From positions 7,936,001 through 8,000,000 of the forward strand of contig CM069157.1 of the NCBI GenBank assembly GCA_035221665.1: DNA of 64,000 nucleotides. The letters run 5' to 3'. The stretch comes from Okamejei kenojei. Taxonomy: Eukaryota. Positions 63,000 through 64,000 of this stretch are shown piece after piece. Below the pieces are notes generated by a model. The model worked only from the letters and a program-made list of their open reading frames with translations. It was not told the DNA's origin and did no database searches. The position numbers and the translations under genes are program-made. The stretch's first letter is position 1, and each line of letters opens with the position of its first letter.

Positions 63000-63895
63000 A
63001 CCTTGCAAACCAGAAACTATCAAAACCATTGATTGAGATCACTCAACAAATTGGGCAGTGTTAGACTTCTGCTTGCAATTTCCCAGGGCATCAATCTGCC
63101 CTCAATACTAACACTGCAACCTATTAACGGAGCTGCCAAGTAGTGTGGATTTCCCGTACATTGTATGGAAATGCGATAAGAATACTGATGTACGATTTTG
63201 TGTTGGTAAATACGGATTTTAAATACAGAGTTCAGTTCAGTCGGAAGAAGGGTCTTGACCAGAAACGTCACCCATTCCTTCTCCAGTCGCTGCCTGTCCA
63301 GCTCCAGGTTTAAACAGCGCTGTCAGTTTAACGCATGGGAATTTAAACAAAGCTGTCGGCTGCAGCGCTGTGTTCTAAATATAGCGCTACTGGCTGGAGC
63401 GCTATGGGCTTTAAACATGGCGCTTTGGGTCACAGACAGTTCAGGAAAATTCTCGTATAACAGTGAGTCTTTGGAATTCTCTTTTCTCAGTGGAAGTTGA
63501 GCCTTTGATTATTTTTCAGGCAGTGGTAGAATTCTGGATAAGCCTAGTGGTGAAAAGTTACCAGTGGGATTGCAGTTACATTGGGATTGGCCTTGTGGGC
63601 TTTCTCTGATTTCCTCCCTCATACCCATGTACATTGGGAGAGATTTTGATATTTCTAATGGTTAAGAACTAGGCTTATTTGCCAATTGCAATGATTCTGG
63701 TTTATTTCAGGTTCCCTGGTACACCAGCAAGAAGGCCAACAAGATGTTTAATTTGATCGACAGATGAACTCCCATTGGGTTTCAATGCCCTTTATCCCCT
63801 GGAGCTGCCAACATTTGGTTTCAAGCGGAGGGACACAATTGTTTTGAAATTTTTAATTTGATATGTGCTTGTTTTTCTTTTTGTATTGCACCTTC

Positions 63896-63901
63896 AATAA
63901 A
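63896..63901 (+). terminator. Polyadenylation signal of the snoRNA host gene
   Basis: AATAAA in the last predicted exon, preceded by a U-rich tract. Confidence 0.7.
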
Positions 63902-64000
63902 AGTTTGTGTTGAAGTGCAGATTAAATCATTTTGCAAATGCATCTTAACAATGCCGTAAAGGGACAGGACTGGCTTTACAAACTTGGACGACCAAGGGTC

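Larger units (their letters stand above)
57988..63920 (+). ncRNA. SNHG3: SNHG3/U17HG-like non-coding snoRNA host gene; predicted exons 57988-58005, 59791-59854, 59935-60028, 60468-60520, 62135-62170, 62646-62729, 63711-~63920
   Basis: Short exons with consensus splice sites and no long ORF, one U17 copy per intron, AATAAA at 63896-63901, position downstream of PHACTR4 as in human. Individual exon calls are predictions. Confidence 0.8.

Noticed and set aside
59791-64000. RCC1 or ribosomal-protein coding exons
   Set aside because: Predicted exons give no long ORF and no RCC1 repeats or RPS7 sequence; RCC1 is expected beyond the window

Overview
Vertebrate genomic DNA, very likely from an elasmobranch (skate/ray-like). 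This is inferred from the repeats: HE1/V-SINE-type tRNA SINEs, HER1/CR1 LINEs and abundant Penelope-end elements. The window holds (i) a complete + strand PHACTR4 coding region, 13 coding exons from 14919 to 46149, about 706 aa, with phases checked by hand, one GC-AG intron and four RPEL motifs. (ii) After a repeat-rich spacer lies a TATA/5'TOP non-coding snoRNA host gene (SNHG3/U17HG-like, ~57988-63920) with three intact SNORA73/U17 H/ACA snoRNAs and a fourth decayed copy, one per intron. This matches the human PHACTR4-SNHG3-(RCC1) arrangement. The most unusual signal is in the repeats: a 135-bp TSD-flanked retroposon (54239-54373, second copy 56168-56803, - strand) whose 5' end is exactly a ~52-nt minimal HDV/CPEB3-like ribozyme and whose 3' end is a (GAA)n tail. 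The second copy is interrupted by an Ingi/Vingi-like LINE fragment with the same tail. The commonest short repeat also carries a minimal Penelope-type hammerhead ribozyme motif. Exon and ncRNA coordinates were read by eye; repeat boundaries are approximate; no database searches were run.
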